Assembly: GCF_009914755.1 (NCBI RefSeq)
Contig: NC_060931.1
DNA length: 64,000 nucleotides
Origin: the human T2T-CHM13v2.0 reference genome, Homo sapiens
Strand: one strand, 5' to 3'
The position numbers and the translations under genes are program-made. Below, piece by piece: positions 61,341 through 64,000 of the stretch (positions within the stretch are counted from its first letter, which is position 1; every line of letters begins with the position of its first letter). The notes under the pieces are model-generated. The model had not been told where the DNA came from, searched no databases, and saw only the letters and a list, made by a program, of their open reading frames with translations.

Positions 61341-64000
61341 TTTTATTTATTGGGTAAACTGAGCTCTACATTTTCACTTGCTATTCATTATAGTAAAAGT
61401 GTCTGGGTGTCTAGGGTCTGAACCTTCTTCTGAACAATGATCTACAAAAAATGCTAATACCACAATAATTGTTTATATTCAAGGAAAGAGAAAGTATGTT
61501 TTATTTTTACAACCCAGATAATTACACATCATTCAGCACTGCCCTTCAAGATATGTAGAAAACAGAAAATATATAAGTTATGAAGATATCTAGGCACATT
61601 AAACAGTCCCTACCCCGCTTAGTCTTGAACAGAGAATTTTCAATGTAAATTGGAGAAAGTTTTTTATTGAACCACTTTTTAAATATTCCATTAAGAAAAG
61701 TTCAGTCGAGCTGTTTGACTTGGACATCTTTGCACCTTCTCATGCATCTCATGATGCACACTTCTGCATCATCTCCTAAGCAGGGAGGTTGCGGGTGGCT
61801 CACAGTGTTTCTTCACTTCTCATTTCTTCATGTGTTTGACATTTCTCCTAGCTCTGAACTGTGCCAGCTACTTTTCCCATGAAACCAAGCAGTGGCTGTG
61901 GGATAAATGTGGTTGCTCTTTCATCTTTTTAGATCACCTATTGTTTCTATCAAAATCCTACTACAGTTTTTGTTTCTATTCTAGGTGCAAAAATCAGAAA
62001 AAAAATTTCTACAAAGAACTTGAAAGATGCTATTTCAATAAATAGCTCAGGAATTTCAGAAGCATATAACCCATATCTGTCATAGGATTTACATTGCATC
62101 TTGGCTATGATGAAAACAAATATTTCATGTCTTAGGAGATTAAGATCATACAATCTCTATATGGAATTCTTTGTGATAATTCATTAGTTGGTGAGAATGT
62201 TTTGTTAGGTTTAAACCAGCCTCAGTGAAGCTGGTGTCAGGGAAGGGAAAGTGGACTTTGAACAGAGCAGAAACAGAAGAAAGATGCTCTGCTGCAGGTC
62301 AGGAAAAAGCAGGGGGTGAAATGTTACAAATTCTAGAACTCAGAGAACTGAAGGTAATTACTTCCTTTTCAAATTGTGAAACATTTTAACCTGTGGTAAA
62401 ATATTCATAACATGATAATTACCATCTAACCACGTTGAAGTCTACAGTTCAGTTATTTGAAGTATATTCGTGTCATTGCTCAATTATTATTTGCTAAATG
62501 TCTTCTCTCAAGTCCTTCTTAAAGTCATAAAATGTAAACGATGAATCCATGGATTAACAGTGGAAAGCCTGGAGGTCCAATAGCCTTAGCCAGGAACATA
62601 TGCTATCTGTCAGAGTCCCCATAGCATGAAAATGAGTTTGCCCTGGAAAGGGAAAAAACAGCTTTTTGCCCTCAGCTTTCTCACCTTCTTCTTTTCCCAC
62701 CTGAACCAACGATTCAGGTCCACCTGTATGCATACAAAGAAAAGGGGTTTATCTTTTCCAGGAATTAAAATTGACCTGCAAGACGTCTTTACTTCATGGA
62801 GATCTGTAGAAGCTGAAGTCCAAAATGTGACGATGAAGCTCGGCAATTACAAAATCTATAGATAAAGAAAGACTGCCAAGGAAGAGTAAGATATTCATTG
62901 ACACAAATGCTGTTGTATGAACCATGTCCCAATGAAAGTAGACAACTGTAATGTCCTTGAGAATATTTTCTGCAATATTTGTGGCAAATTCAGTGGGCAT
63001 AAAATTGAGTTTTTTGTTCATGCTTTATTAGTTCAATCTTCATATTTTCTTTTCCTTCCTACATTCTTGTTTGTAATTTTTTAGGGGGAAGAGGAGGTAC
63101 TGGTACTGGCATCATTCAATTTAATGCTTGGGTCACCTCTGGATTCATTATCACAGTCTTAGCTTTTGGTCATATTACATTGTATTTTTCTGCCATATGA
63201 ATACTCTATTTAAATTAATTGTGAGATGCTGATTAATAATCTTTAGCAATGAAACGAAGCCTACTAGCATTTTATCTTGCTGCAGAAAAGATGGGAGTCT
63301 ACTTCTGGGTTATGGTCAGGGTTCCTAGCACACCTGGATGCCCTTTAGGTAGTCAGCCCTCTATATACTCAGCAACTGAGGTCATCAGTGCAGGCTCAGC
63401 CCCTACAAAGGCCAGGGTATTTCCTGTCCACCTCTATTGCTGGTGTGTGATTCTTCTGGGTTCCAACCAAAGCCAGTGGACTTCAGTAGGGGTCACCTTC
63501 ATTGGCAGACCCTCAATCCACTTCTTTTCCATCTAATCCCATGCATGTGTGCAAAAGCTGCTCTGCTTCTTTGCATCTCAGTAGTCCCTTTCAGAATCCA
63601 AAGATGAAACTCAGGGAAATGGGCTCCAAATGTGAGACTGACCTTCTTTCTGAGTTTTCTTCTTCTCCATCTCAGCCTCATGTCTGTTTACTTCTGTGTT
63701 AGCAATTTGATGAATTAAATTATGGGTTTTATATACTGTCTGGTGTTTCCCATTGTTCTCATAGGAGATCAGAAACCTCAGATGCACTCGTGTCTACTCA
63801 AGAGCAGAATCCTTCCTTAGATTCCTTCCAGACTCAGGTTTTGTGTTTTTTAGTTTCCAAGGGCACAGCAGGAGTAGTGATGTCCTCACTAGCTTTTCAC
63901 TTGCACTAAACTGTGACCTCATTTAGGGTGAGGACAGGAACCTGCTCCCATTTCAGCTTTAGCACCTCACAACACACTCCTTGCTTGAGGTCACTCCAGG

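Noticed and set aside
62762-62885. Candidate orphan exon (ttttccAG...gaaga|GTAAG)
   Set aside because: All three frames contain stops, there is no recognisable homology, and splice-like motifs alone are too common.

Overview
Human-type (primate) genomic DNA, most likely the 7q11.21 KRAB zinc-finger cluster. The left half holds coding exons 2-4 of a ZNF91-subfamily KRAB-ZNF gene on the + strand, recognised as ZNF736: KRAB-A 10110-10236, KRAB-B 10738-10833 and the zinc-finger exon 21949-23006. It has 9 intact C2H2 fingers and would give 427 aa with an upstream ATG exon that lies outside the window. Introns and the 3' region are packed with L1, Alu and LTR elements. Downstream come a 5'-truncated, Alu-interrupted TRIM60 pseudogene (coiled-coil/PRY-SPRY half), a decayed ERV1 provirus with both LTRs, and a ~16 kb diverged beta-satellite block. 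The block has a ~70 bp monomer organised as a ~4.7-4.8 kb higher-order repeat and carries two Alus and a MER11 solo LTR. The main observation is that the satellite unit contains four colinear, splice-phase-compatible segments whose translations match the Y-linked orphan protein BPY2/VCY2 (sequence recalled from memory; needs alignment). They look like disabled proto-exons of a gene born from beta-satellite. A template-switch scar next to the MER11 insertion and an L1-fused, prematurely stopped finger array are also noted. There are no prokaryotic-type systems, RNA genes or CRISPR arrays. Repeat subfamily names come from recalled consensus features, not from a search.
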